Of a DNA stretch of 64,000 bases, positions 1-13,600 are shown piece by piece. The notes beneath the pieces are model-generated. The model made no database searches, was not told the DNA's origin, and worked only from the letters and a program-made list of their open reading frames with translations. Position 1 is the stretch's first letter. Each line of letters opens with the position of its first letter. The position numbers and the translations under genes were made by a program. The stretch covers positions 57,412,001 to 57,476,000 of the forward strand of contig NC_082722.1 of assembly GCF_030144855.1 (NCBI RefSeq), written 5' to 3'. The stretch is from Hypanus sabinus. Lineage: Eukaryota.

Positions 1-169
1 AGGTTCAGATATTCCTCTCTGCCCTCCCCATTCATAGTATTCATTCTATTATTGCTGCTGTAGTTAATATAAGAATACATTACTCAAAAAAACGTCAACA
101 TTCGTCAACATTTGCCTTGTGGTTAAATTGCTGTACCAAAGAGCTGTACTAATGATCATGAACTCATTA

Positions 170-330
170 TCTCCAACTCCTCCCCCTTCCCTTCCAATCC
201 TGATGAAGGGTCTCGGGCCTGAAACATCAGCTGTTGACTCTTTTCCATAGATGCTGCCTGACCTTCCACAATTTCTCCACAATTCTGTTTGTGTTGCTCC
301 GGATTTTCAGCATCTGCAGATTTTCTCACG
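170..330 (+). mobile_element. Penelope-like element terminus with hammerhead-like core
   Basis: CTGATGA AGGGTCTCGGGCCT GAAAC ATC at 200-228, then the shared terminus ...catagatgctgcctgacc...cagcatctgcagattttctc. Confidence 0.7.
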
Positions 331-864
331 TCCAGGATTCAATCTCCTGGTATCGTCCAGGAAACTTGAATATAATTAGTTAAATAATCTTGATTAGAGA
401 GCATATCAGCAAATGCTGATCTCAAAACTTCTGAAAAGCCATTTGATTCTCTTATGGGAAGGAAAGCTGCTGGCTTTGCCTCATCTCACGTCTACATGAC
501 TTGGGGGGTCTTTGCGATGAGGGGGATTCTTACCCACTCTCTGAGAAAACTGAGCAGTATGTGCAATTTCACCACATAAACTAGAGCAGTCAAGAAGGCA
601 GATCACCACCACCTCCCACTCAATGACAAACTGAACAAACATTTCCTCATGAGGCAATCAGCAGTTCTCCCTATATGGTTGATATCCAGTACCTTACAGT
701 TACTCCACCAAACAAGATGTACCTTGTGTTCGGATTCCCAATGTCTGTAAACAATATAGATTGGCTAGTGGTAACCTTTTCTAAACTGTAATCCACGGTG
801 AAACAAATTGTGTTCATATACTGTGGTTACTAATATCCACACATGTACAAATGGTGGAGGTATA

Positions 865-1075
865 CAGCTGGTCAGACAGCATCTATTGAGGGAAGTGAAT
901 AGCTGACACTTCCAGCTGACACTATTCATCAGGGTTGGAAGGAAGGGGGCCAGAAGCAGACCGAAACTTTGACTTTTTATTTCCCTCCATAGATTCTGCC
1001 TGACCTGCACTGCTCCTATAGCATTTTCCATGTTTTACTCAAGATTTACGATGTGTGCAGAATCCTTCCTGTCTC
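865..1075. mobile_element. Fold-back Penelope-like terminus (degenerate)
   Basis: Antisense arm gtcagacagcatctat...ttcatcaggg followed by sense arm ccgaaactttgact...atagattctgcctgacc. Confidence 0.55.
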
Positions 1076-1079
1076 TGTA

Positions 1080-1352
1080 CTTATTTTATTTAGAGATAGA
1101 GCACAGGACAGGCCCTTCTGGCCCAATGAGCCATGCTGCCCAACAACTCATCTGTTTAACCCTGGCCGAATAACAGGACAATTTACAATGACTAATCAAT
1201 CTACTGACTGGTATGTTTTTAGACTGTGGGAGGAGACCCATGGGGTCACAGGAAGGACATACAAATTCTTACAGATGGCGCTGGAATTGAACTCTGAACT
1301 CTGACATCCCCAGCTGTAATAGCTTTTCATTAACTGCTATGCTGCCGTGGTG
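1080..1352 (-). mobile_element. tRNA-derived V-SINE (HE1-like)
   Basis: Reverse complement of the copy at 55445-55700; A-rich tail at 1080. Confidence 0.65.
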
Positions 1353-1382
1353 TACAGTTACTAGACTTTCTTTTACTTTCAG

Positions 1383-1611
1383 AACACGTCACAGGCTCTG
1401 ACCCTGAGAAGGGTGTGATTGACAAGCAGAGGCGAAGTGATTATAATCGCCATCTGTACCTCCAGATCCAGCGCATTGAAAACGAGCTGGGATTCCTTGG
1501 ATCAAGCAAGTTTGAGAACCCTCTGAGCTACAGACAAGCTGTCCAGCAGGTGCAAAACATGAAGGATCTTCTTGAGACTGCGAACTGCAGTTCTGATTCT
1601 GTTTCAGAAAG
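1383..1611 (+). CDS. PKD1L2: PKD1L2 exon (cytoplasmic loop: [10 protein letters not shown]...[18 protein letters not shown]...[16 protein letters not shown])
   Basis: Acceptor tactttcag, donor AAAG|gtaatt; phase 1 in, phase 2 out, matching the next exon. Confidence 0.85.
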
Positions 1612-4600
1612 GTAATTGTTAGAGTGATTTTTGGGTTTAGGACATAAACATTTAACAATTGACTTTGGTTACCAGGCTTCACATCTGAAAGTGTATTGTG
1701 CATTTAATGTGGAGTGCAGCTCTGAACAATGAGTTCCTAAAAGCTGTGAATCCCGTCCAGACAATGCTGATTCAAATTCATTTGTCTGTGGCGTGGATGT
1801 GAATCAGGACACGTGAAGCTTGTATGCAGTTTCAAAGAAAGCACTGCCCATACATTGTAAATATGGAGTTGTCCTTTGATGTCTGGCACATAAAATATCG
1901 ATCCCCACGTTAGACCAGCAGACCTTTCCACCAAAAACGTTCTCCATATGATGCCTTGTTTTGTCAAATAAAGTAGCTGCTTTGTAATTTTCTCCAGTGC
2001 CTTCATTCATGCAACAACAGTAATAACCCCCTGGAATAAGCCAGTATATCAATCCTAATATAATATTCCTATGTATTGATAGTCTTGTGAATTCAGCCCA
2101 TGTGTTAGGATTACTACTTGTTTTAAATTTTCAGAATTTCAGGTTGCAGCTGTACCCACAATCCAGCCTGCTCGAAATACAATACCCAATGCATTATCTA
2201 GCTGTTAACTGCATGAAACTATAGCTCTGTGTTGTGAGCAACAATACACATACCACTCTAAGCAGGGAAACTTTGAAGAGTGCATTGACTCAAGCTCTTC
2301 ACACGTACCTCTGGCAGCTAGATCTAGAGAAGCAGTGGTCAAAGCGACTGTCTGGGATACCTTAAGAAGGGAAAGGGGCAAATCCAAAATAATATCCTTC
2401 ATAAGTTAAATAGAAAGTGTTAGAAATACCCAGCAGGTCAGGCCACATCTATAGGAAGAGAAACAGGCCAAAGTGTAGTTAAGTTAGCTGTTGGCATGAG
2501 TAGGCGTGTAATAGATGTTAGAGGATAGCTTATTAATAAAATACTTATAACATTATCTGACACTAGAGCAGGGGTTCCCAATCTGGGTTCACGGACTGCT
2601 CGGTTAATGGTAAGAGTCCATGGCTTAAAAATGGTTAGGAACCCCTGCTCTAGGGAATATCCAAATGGCTGAATCAAATTGTAACCTCTGATTATTTTCT
2701 TTCACAGATTCTCTCCTATTCCTAGTCTTTCAGGAGACAGCAAAAAGTGTCACAGTTCCAAAGGTTTACCCTGGTGGTTTGTCTTCATTGGGTGGGGCTT
2801 GGTTGCAGCCACCAGTGGTGTATCTGCATTTTTTACTATGCTCTATGGATTACACTATGGCAAAGACAGTTCTATCAAATGGCTCATCTCCATGGCTATC
2901 TCCTTCTTTGAAAGTGTTCTAATTACACAGCCTTTAAAGGTAATGGAAACCTTTATTCTAGAATCGTGTTGCATCATAAGTTTTAAAAGCAGTCTTTATG
3001 GGGTAGACAAAATATTCTGTTGTTTGAAACCAGTTTTAGATCACTGAAGTATTCTAAGGATGTGTGGTGGAGAGTATATTGACTGGTTGCATCATGGCCT
3101 GGTATGGAAACAGCAATGCTCTTGAACAGAAAATCCTACAAAAAGTAGTGGATATGGCCCATTCCATTATGGGTAAAGCCCTTTCCACTGTTGAGCACAT
3201 CTACACGGAGTGCTGAATCACAAGAATTCCCACCACCCAGGCCATACTCTCTTCTTGCTGTTGCCATCAGGAAGAAAGTACAAAAGCCTCAGGACCCACA
3301 CCACCAGGTTCAGGAACAGTTATTATCCCTCAACCATCAGGCTTTTGAGCCAATTATAACCTCACTTACCCTCCATCACTGAACTTTTCTTACAACCTAT
3401 GAGAAGTTCCTAAGGCAGCACCTTCCAGACCAACTAGAAGGACGAGAACAGCAGATACCTGGGACACCACCTTTTGGAATTCCCCCTCCAAGTCACTCAC
3501 CATCCTGACTTGGAAACATATTGCCGTTCCTTTATTGTCACTGGGTCAAAATCATGGAATTCCCTCCCTAACAGAACTGTGGGTGTACCTACACCTCAGG
3601 AATTGCAGTGGTTCAAGAAGGCAGCTGATCACCACCTTCCCAAGGGCAAACTAGGGATGGGCAATAAACACTGGCACCCACATCCAGTAAATGAATAAAT
3701 TTAAAAAATCACTTTCAAGGAATCCTCATTTCATGTTCTGAATATTTATTGCTGATTTTTTTTTGTATTTGCAGTTTGTCGTTTGCACATTGGTTGTTTG
3801 TCTGTCCTGTTGGGTGTGGTCTTTCACTGATTTTATTGTGTTTCTTGGATTTACTGAGTATGCCTGAAAGATATATGGTTGTATATCTTACTTAAATAAT
3901 AAATTTACTTTGAATTATATGAATATTTTCCCAAGTATCTAGCTTAAGTTTCCATGATTAAAGTATTAGCCATTGTTATGACTGTGACTGAGTCAGTAGG
4001 GCTGATAAATGCAAATTGTATTTATTCAACACAAGAAGGTCCTCTGCAGAATCTCTTTCTCCTGTCCTGACACTCAACAATATAGTGATTTCCTTTAAAG
4101 ACAAAAATACTAGATAACTACAGTTTCAATAATTACCTGTAACTTTAACATTTTGAGCGTAGAAAGATAACTTTTGCAGTACTACATACTTTACAATGAG
4201 AGCATCCCAAATGCCAGAAACTGTTTGGATATTCAGATATCAGTGGCTGGTCCAAGGGGTTCTGAGCACAAATAAGTCAACACCCAAAATAGACGTCTCC
4301 TGATATAGTGTTGAGGGACAGCTCCCTAATTATTTAAAAGCAGAATATACATTGACAAAATTGACATGTCCTGAACTGGGTCTAAATAGCAGGGATATGT
4401 CCTTAGCAATGTGATAATAGAGGAGATAGCCACCTAATGCTTCCCTGACCTTATGCAATTTTCAGTGAGGACCATGAGCATTGATTTATTACCTTCTCTT
4501 GTAGTTAGAAAAGTACAGAATCAAAATGTGCAACATCCTGTGATTGGTGTTGATGGCCTCAAGGTATCAGTGGAAGTTACATTGTGAATAGAACACCGGT

Positions 4601-7600
4601 TTCCATTTAAAAGAACTAGCTGCTCTCCCGTTTCCATAGCTCCTGAAAATGCCACAACCAATCAATTATTGGACATTCTGTTTCCAGTTCTTTCATGAGA
4701 AGAGATTACCAGGTGAACAGAAGATTCAGGAATGTGCTCATAGCGTCCTTGGAAAATGAACAACATCCACAGACTCCTGGGAATCTCTAGTCCATGACCA
4801 TTCAGAGGAGAGAAGGAATATCCTGGATGGTCCTGAAAACTTTGAGTCAATACATCAGAAGCAGTTGGAAGCCAAGAATAAACAGTGGGAAGATTGCAGT
4901 AGCTTACAAACCATGCCCCATCTGTGGGCAGGATCCAGATCTCAGTATTCTTTTGCACCTGTGTTGTACATTTAGCACATGGGGTTGGGTGGGACTACAC
5001 CAGAGGTCATGGGTTAAGGGTGAAAGGTGAAAAGTTTAAGGAAAACACGAGGAGAAACTTCTTCACTCAGAGGGTCATGAGAGTGTGGAACGAGCTGCTA
5101 GTGCAAGTGGTGTATGCAAGTTCAATTTCAATGCTTAAGAGAAGTTTGGACAGGTATATGGATGGAGGGGTATGGAGAGTTACGGTCCAGGTTCAGGTCA
5201 ATGGGAGTAGGCAGTTTAAATGGTTTCACCACAGACTAGATGAGCTGAAGGAGCTGTTTCTGTGCTGTACTTCTTTATGATTCTATGCAACCAAGGGCGA
5301 GTTCCTCAAGGGATCTGCCTACCTAAATTGGTCACAAAGGATGCAACAAAGTATACGGATTCTACTCACAATCTTCATTCTTTCACATGCTCTGCCTAGC
5401 TACTAAATTATGGTAAAACCATAACCAAATGTCCCCAAGATTTTTGTTAAGTTGGTGTTCTGTTTGTTAAACACAGCATCTTAAATAGTGTTAACTGGAA
5501 ATGGGATGGTTTAGCTCTTTAAGTTGAATGATTAAGGTAAGATTCCTCTTGTGTGAATTTGAATCAAAATTATTCTCAATCTGATGTGAATTTACATAGT
5601 GCCATATGAAATAAGTAGAAATTATTATAAATACATAAAATCAGAATGATAGCACAGGGGAAAGAATACTAAATCACCATTGAAATACTACCAATGTGCA
5701 GTTTTCTATAAATAAAAAGAAATCCAATAAAGCCTCGATGAAATTAGTAAAACCTCGAAGTTCTCCATGCCAAATTCAGAGGTGTAAAATAGTGCTGAGG
5801 GTCACCACAGCACAGGATAACGTGAAAATGCTGGAAACACTCAACAGATCAGGCAGTATCTGTGGAATGGGACTAATCTGATATTTAGTCAGAATAGTGT
5901 CTTTGACATGAAGCGTTACCTTTGTTTGTCTTCCCACAGTTGCTGCCAGATCTGCTCAGTTTTTGTTTCCATTTCAGGTTGCCAGCATCTAGAGTTTGCT
6001 TAGAAATTTGTGGCAGGAGCTGCTTCCTCAATTCAGAAGTTCACAAAATATTGTTGTTGGGTTTCCCCATGTCTCTGTCAGTATGGCAATTTCTTATCAA
6101 CGTGTTGCAGTTGATACAATGTAACACAGCAGTTGAAATCTCTACAGACAAATTCTAAAGGTTCAAATGTGGGAACAATAGCCTTCCAGCTACAGAGGAT
6201 TGTTGGTACTGGAGAAATGGAGTTTGCAGTGATGGGGGGCAGGGGAGGAATGGGAGTATGGACTGGAAGGGTCAGAGAAATCTGGACTGGCCATTGAAGA
6301 GTAACACCCACAGGAGACTATGGAGTTCCTTCAGGGCCTTAACCAGGTGCTCCTGGCCAGAAGTTGCCAGCACTTAAGAGAAGTCTATAATTTAAACAAA
6401 TTCCTGTCTGCTCAGCCTGATCCTGTTGGCTGCAGAGAAAGTAGCTGAAGTCTTCTCTCCTTGAATATGAACTGGGTGAACTCCCTAACGCAGCAGGAAA
6501 CTGCACAATGTGAAATATGGCCGAGATCAGCAGGCGCAGTCTGGAATGATGTTGGGGCTGGGAAGCTGACAGTAACCGTGAACCTAACCTCCATGGACAG
6601 GCATATCCAGGTGAAATTCAAGGTCACAAAAGCCACAAATTACAATGAGGACAAAGAAGGTGGTTTTAATGATGGTTCTTTAAATAGAATGATTTAATAG
6701 CTGATAGCTCTGTGAATAAATTGGAACTGTTGTCTTCAAAAGCAGTGACATTGAAGATCTTATGGCAGATGGATTTTGCACATTTCACAAGAGATTTACA
6801 CTGAATAGTGCCAGAGAAAATGAAAAGATGAAGAAACAACTTTGTTGACAGGGCAAAAATAAAATCTCAAAATTGTTGCCCCTTGCATTAATCCAATTTT
6901 CAATTTCACTGCAACTTTTTTTGATTCTTATGCTTTGCTTAATATCTTTTGAAAACTTGTGACTGACTTAACACCAATGAATAATTGTTGATTAATTAGC
7001 AATAATCAATGCCAAAGGTTCAATTTCTAATCAACAACAGTTTGGTTCAATATTATTTTGAGTAGAGTTTTTTCAATACATTTTGCTGTCTGCCTGTTTA
7101 GGTGCTGGGTTTTGCAGCTTTCTTCGCTCTTGTCTTGAAGAAAGTCGAACCGGAAGACGATGGTGAAAGCTCAATTGACAGCCCCTTTTCTACTTCAGGT
7201 GACCTCTCCAGTCTGACTCTGCTGATCAGATTCTTGTTCTTTCTCACTCGTGTTCCTGATTACTGATACTGAAAAAGCAACATTGCCCGGCCACACTTCC
7301 ATCAAGAAGATCAAATTATCAAAGTGGGCCTAAAGGGGAGCCAGTTCTTAATTTTATATCAGTCTGGGGGTCAGTCACAATCATTTTCTTTTATCCTCTC
7401 TCTTTTCCCTTGCTCCGTCCAAACCCAGCCAATTGAAGTAGTCTATGCTTAACCTTTTGAACCAACTTGTTCGAGGAATTGAGACAAATGATGCAGTTAC
7501 AATGAATGCCATACGTTTCAAGACTCATTCTTGACATACCTGTGATAAATGGAGATTTATCATTTTCACAGCATTATGTCCTACTGAAGACTAAAAGGCC

Positions 7601-10600
7601 AGCATGGCCCTTCATATTGAATAAGCAAATGAAAGAAATAATGTAATTTAGCTAAATGTAACACTTAGATGAAGCTATTTGATCAGGAGGGGAGGGACAT
7701 TCCTCCGGCTAGTGCAAAACAACAGTGCAGTGGATCCTTACAGTTGAGAGCAAACAGACCAGGAGGAAGAAAATGATTGTCTTTGAATTTACATTTCCAG
7801 GCAGTGACATTTTAATATTGTTTTCAGTGGGGGACCTCAGTGTTCTGCTAGCAGCTCGCAGGGACAGCAGCAGCAATATCTATCAGCCACCGCCTCAAAA
7901 GGAAGTGGAGCACATGAAGAAAAACTCTATAAAAGAGCAGAAGGTGTTTGCTTTGATCAGGGAAATACTAGGTAAGCAAATACTTCTGAGCTGCTATCTG
8001 TTTTTACAGTCTCCACTTGTTCAGGATTGCTAAGGGTAAGTGAACAGGAGAAAAAAAAAGATGCAGATTAATTGGTCTCCAAAAAGTACAACTTCTAAGA
8101 CAGCGTAGGACACTCATAACCACACTGTATCAGCTCTCTTTGAAGAGTGGACGGCACAGGAAAGAGAACTGTGTGTAATCAATTAAAATATAAATAAAGT
8201 TCAGAAAAAAGTGTCACTTTCATTGCATTCTTTAGATGGCAACACACAAATGCTGAAATCACTCAGCAGGTCAGGGTGCATATATAGAAATGAATAGACA
8301 GTCAATATCTCGGGCTGCACAGTAATTCTCAATTTAGGGCATTGGGACTTCTGAAAGTTAACACCATTTCTACATGTGGAAGAAAAAGTTCTAGTCGGAG
8401 GTTGTCCACAAAGAGATTTTGTTTGGTCTTTACTGATGCAATCAACATCGAACAGTAAAGTTAGTAAAACTTTGAGTACAACAGTTTTGCTATAACATAC
8501 ACTGAAAGTGTCAAGCCCAGTCGATGAAATGTAAATGAGCTCTAAATTATGTACCATGTCAAAATGATTTTTATACCAAGTTGATATTTCAATTTTTGCA
8601 TCAATCCCATGCATATGCCCAAATTATTTTATTATCTATAATATGTTTATAAAATTAATTAAAATAGTCTGCTTTTTATCTTTGTGATTTGCTGTCTACT
8701 GAATTAAATCTGATATACCCATCCTTTTGTCTCTTGTCTGTTGCCGGCACTTCTACATGAAATTCAAAACAAAAAGCCAACTTGAGCAGTAGGGCTCTGG
8801 AGTCCAGAAAGACTTTGTTTGCATATACTTAAGATGTCAGTTACAACCCTGTGCCTTTACAACTGCCAGGAACATCTGAGTCTTGGTACCATTAAAATAA
8901 ATGGTTTTATTAATATTGTGTGAACATTTTCTTAAGTGAAGACTTGTGTCACAATGAATCTTAGGTTGAATCTAATGTTTTACCTAATGATGTCAAACTA
9001 TTTTTTGCCATGGACCAATACCATTAAGCAAGGGGTCCATGATCGCCCAGTTGGGAACAGCTGGATCAAAGGGATGCAAATGCTTTAGTGATGATCACTT
9101 AATTAGTCTATTACATAATGCCACAGAAATAATTAAAAAATTTGAATAGGTCGGGCACACAGGTCTATCTTCATAGCTAAAGTAATCTTGTTCCTCTTGG
9201 CTTCATATTAAACTAGGATAAAGCTGCATACCTGAAATGCTAAATACCTGAAATAAATATACCCTATATTTCTATAATCTCCCAGTGATTAATATTTGCT
9301 AGGAGACCTTAAATGAGCTTGTTGCTTCTCTAATACATTTAAGCACCTCTGATGAGACTTTGATAGTTGTCAAAAAGGCACTGCTGAATTTAACATTTAT
9401 GCAAATATTCATGCAATCAGGTAAAGACCTCCACAAGACTAAACTGATCAGTGCCGTATCTGAAAAGCAATGCTACAGTGTTAAATCTCTTAACATTGTT
9501 TGTGTACTCACTTAGCCAAGGGATTGAATATAATGAGTTGTTATACCGTCACAAACTTCCCCTGCTTACCTTTAGTCAAAGATATGGCAGAAATACTTGC
9601 CCAATTTTACAAAGTGCCATATGATGTGCTCCAGATTTTTAAATAGATTTTCTTCTATCAAATTTCCAATTACTTCTGACTTATTTCTTATCGTTCCAGA
9701 GGAAACATGTCATAAATCTATTAACTAGATTCTAATGTCTATAATAATAAAATTGGGCAGTATGAAGCAATTCTAGATATTTTCACATCGCATTAACTTT
9801 TTATAATTAGATTATTTATTACATTTAATGTAAAATAGCTGCAGTATTTTATTTGCAAGAATAGTTTAATGGCACGTTTTTGTTTGTTTAACATTGAATT
9901 TTGCATGTTGTAGCCTACCTGGGATTTTTGTGGATGCTGCTGTTGGTTGCTTATGGACAGCGCGATCCAAATTCCTATTATCTGAATAAAGCAATTCAAA
10001 ACAGCTTCACCAGTGGATTTGATGAGACCTTGAGTTACAATGATTTCTTCAAATGGGCGAACACTACACTTATCTGCAATTTATTTGGCTTCTATCCAGG
10101 TGAGTCAGATGGGAACATCTCTAAAAATATCAAGGATTTCTATAAAACAGAACATGTTGAAATTACTCAGCAAGTCAGTCAGCATCTGTGGAGAGAAAAA
10201 AACTGGTTAACGTTTTCGGTCAATAATCTTTCACTACAATTGACCCTAACTATTGGGCCCAGCCAGGAAGGAAGCAGATGTCCCTTTCTTCTGTGCACTT
10301 TTAAAATTAGTAATAGAGATGGGTGAAAAAAAGTTTATGCTTCTAGTCATACTGAACTGATACATCTGCATATCCGCCAAGTGTTCAGTGAGCTTTTATT
10401 CCATTGGTGTGCATTTACTTTATTTGACACAGAGAAAGGCTGTAGACCAGGAGTAGAAAGGTTTTCCACTGCCGACATAGTAATCCTAAAATGTAGAGCA
10501 TGGAAAATAGCAGTTGTGTGGGGAATGGAGAGGGTGTAATGATCACAGACTTAGGGATAGAACAGTTCCATGGATAAGGAATTTCAGTGGTGGTCAGTGA

Positions 10601-13600
10601 CTGTGAGGATCAAGATCATGTCAGGAAGGTGGATGACTGAGTGTGTGTGTGTGCAGGATACAGGTTATTTTTAGGGACCTGGGGCTTTTCTTCAGCCACA
10701 AGCTTGCTGGAAGGGCACTTACATCTTCTGTACAACTGTGCTTTGCCTTCTTTCAGCTGCCAGGTTTCCTGCACATGGAAAACACAGCCTGTTAAACCTA
10801 GGTCATCTATCTTATCGTGACCCTTACACTTTCTCCACCTGCACTTACTCTGTAACTGCAGTACTATAGTCTGCGTCCAATTTTCTTTACTACCTCTAAG
10901 TAATTATGTTTGATATAATCTATCCGGATGTTGTACAAATCAGCAGATTTTCACTGTATCTTGGAACATGTGACAATAATAAACCAATAGCAACAGAAAT
11001 ATGAAACATTGAAAAGAGATAAGGTGAAGTAGGCAAACTCACTGTAATACTTCACTGACCAAGCCACCTATCAGGAGTGTTTAGTTTGCCGCCTTTTCCT
11101 CTCCTATTCTTTTACCTCACAACTTTTTTATTTTTATTTTGGACTGTGTATTTAGTTTAACTACATATTGTATGTCTATAAAATATACTTGCTGCAATTC
11201 ACAGCTTTTTTCCCTCTATTATTATGTATTTCATGTACTTCTGCTGCAAAGACAACAAATTTCATGACATATGCCAGTGATATTAAACCTGACTCTGATC
11301 CTCATTTAAAATAGGAATGGGGTTGGGCGGTGGTGGTCTTGAGATACGTTTTAAGATCTCTCAAGTCCACTTAAACACAAATACACTATATTTTGATGGG
11401 GTTTAAAATTTCCATTGTAATATTATTTTTTTACATCTGATTTCTACCTCCATATTCCCCAGCTCTTAATTCTTAACTGAAACAGAGGCGGGAAGGAACT
11501 CTGGAGCAAAAGGAGCAATATGTTAAATGGATATATGGTTCTCAGTAGGACTGGGACTGATGAGATGGGAGGGGTTGTCAGAAGACAGAATAAGAGAAAG
11601 GGGAATAAGATAGTGAGAGCATTGGATGGTATCAGGAAGGGAAGTGGTACTGCATTAAAATTGTAATGCTACAAAGGGAGGAGGTGCTTGAGGGAGCAAA
11701 GAATGAATACATTAAGTTGGAAGTGAGAAACAGAAAGTGTATGGTCACACTACTGGTTGTATTTATTAGTCCTCCAAACAGTGAGAGAGCTGGAGGAGCA
11801 AGAAAATCACAGAAATGTGCAAGAACTATAATGTGATGATATTAGATGACTTAATTACCTAAACCTAATATTAGTTAACAATAAAGTAAAATGAGAGAAG
11901 GAAGGTATTTTTGATTGCATTTTCCTCACTCGTTAGTAGAAAGGAGGGAAGGCTGGATCTGCTGCAGGGGAGAACAGAGACTGGGGAAAGGAATGCCCAT
12001 CATGTTGAAACTAATAGTAGAGATGCACAAACAATAATCAGAAGTGAACTTCTAGGTGGAAAGAAGTAAATTTCAATACGATTTGAAATCTGACTGAGAG
12101 TGGGCCAATGTCAGTTAAAATGGAAGCAAAATTTGACAGGAAAAATACAAACCAGGACATTGGTTGATTTATTGGTTGATCTGACAGAAATTTCAGCTCT
12201 ATATTCCTATGGGCTTTGGTTACCTTTTGTATTTTCGCTTATCAAGAACCTAACCATCTCTGCCTTAAAATATTCGAAGAATCTGTTTCCACGTTTTCTT
12301 TGAGAAAGAAAGATCCAGGAACACACAACCCTCTGAGGAACACAAAAAATTGCCTCATGGATAAATTAGTTGGATAACCTCTTACTTTTAAACAGTGACT
12401 TCTGGCTCTAGTTTCTTCAGCATGATGAATTCCACCTTCTCCACATACACCCTGTCAAAATCTGTCAGGGTCTTGTCTGTTTCAATTAAACTCTCATTCA
12501 CTCTGCTAGACTCCAGTGGCACAAGTCTAGCCGATACAACATTTCCTACCTACTCAAATATTAATAAACCAATGAACTGCTTCCAATTTATTTACATCCA
12601 TTCTTCAACAAGGAGACCAATGCTGTCCCAATAATGACTCAATAATGCCCTATATGAATGAGGCATAACCTGCAAGAAATGATAATATTGTGCTAACTTT
12701 CCTCATTAGTTGGTTTGTTTGCCTTTAATGAATCATATAGGAGGACAACTGTATCTCAAAGCTCTGCAATCTCTCTCCAATTTTATACCTGCAGAAAGGG
12801 TATAAAAACATCTGCTTCAAATTTCAGGGTTCGTCACTGACGGCAATTCTAAGCTGGTTGGATCTGCCCGCATTCGACAACTCAGAATAAAGAGCAACAG
12901 TTGTCACATTCCAGCAAAGCTGAGGGGGTCTATCAGGGAATGTCATGCCCAGTACTCCTTGGATAATGAGGATATGTCTGCCTATGGTCGTCACTGGAAC
13001 AGGACTGTAGCTCAGAATTCCTCCGACCTGGACTACGTCTGGCAGTACCAAAGCCAAAGTGAACTGCGCAGTTATCCCATATGGGGAAAGCTTGCCATGT
13101 ACAGTGGGGGTGGCTACATTGCAGAGTTGGGTGCAGATGCGCAGGATGCTTACAGGTAACCGAATACTTTGAATATCTAAGGTACTACCTATTTTACAAA
13201 GCCAATGTGTTTATATCTCTGGAGAAGCAATGCAATAACCTTAATGTTTCATTGTGTTTGAAAGATTCTATTGACTGTCTCCTGAAGCAGAAGACTTTAA
13301 ATGTATTGAGTTCTTTTGAAGACTCAGTGGATTATAAGAAGAATCAGGAGAAGTCTGATAAGAGTCGACAAAAGTTGTTTTGGAAATACTCACCACATGC
13401 TTCATTTATATTCGTGAATGATTAGATATGCTAAGTGTTATTCTCAATGCAACAGTTACTACTGCCTCCAAGCACTCCAAGGCTTTCAAGCTGCCAGGAA
13501 AGACAGGCCGCTCCCCTTAGGGTGGGAGTACGCTGGTCGTTAGTGGGGGAAGGGTACAGTTGTAACACAATTTAGATGTTCATAATCAGAGTAAAGATGA

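Noticed and set aside
6290-6700. Moderately GC-rich block with short ORFs on both strands and a TCAAGGTCA motif
   Set aside because: No recognisable protein or splice phase linking it to PKD1L2, whose flanking exons join in frame without it; could be an old TE fragment and needs a database search
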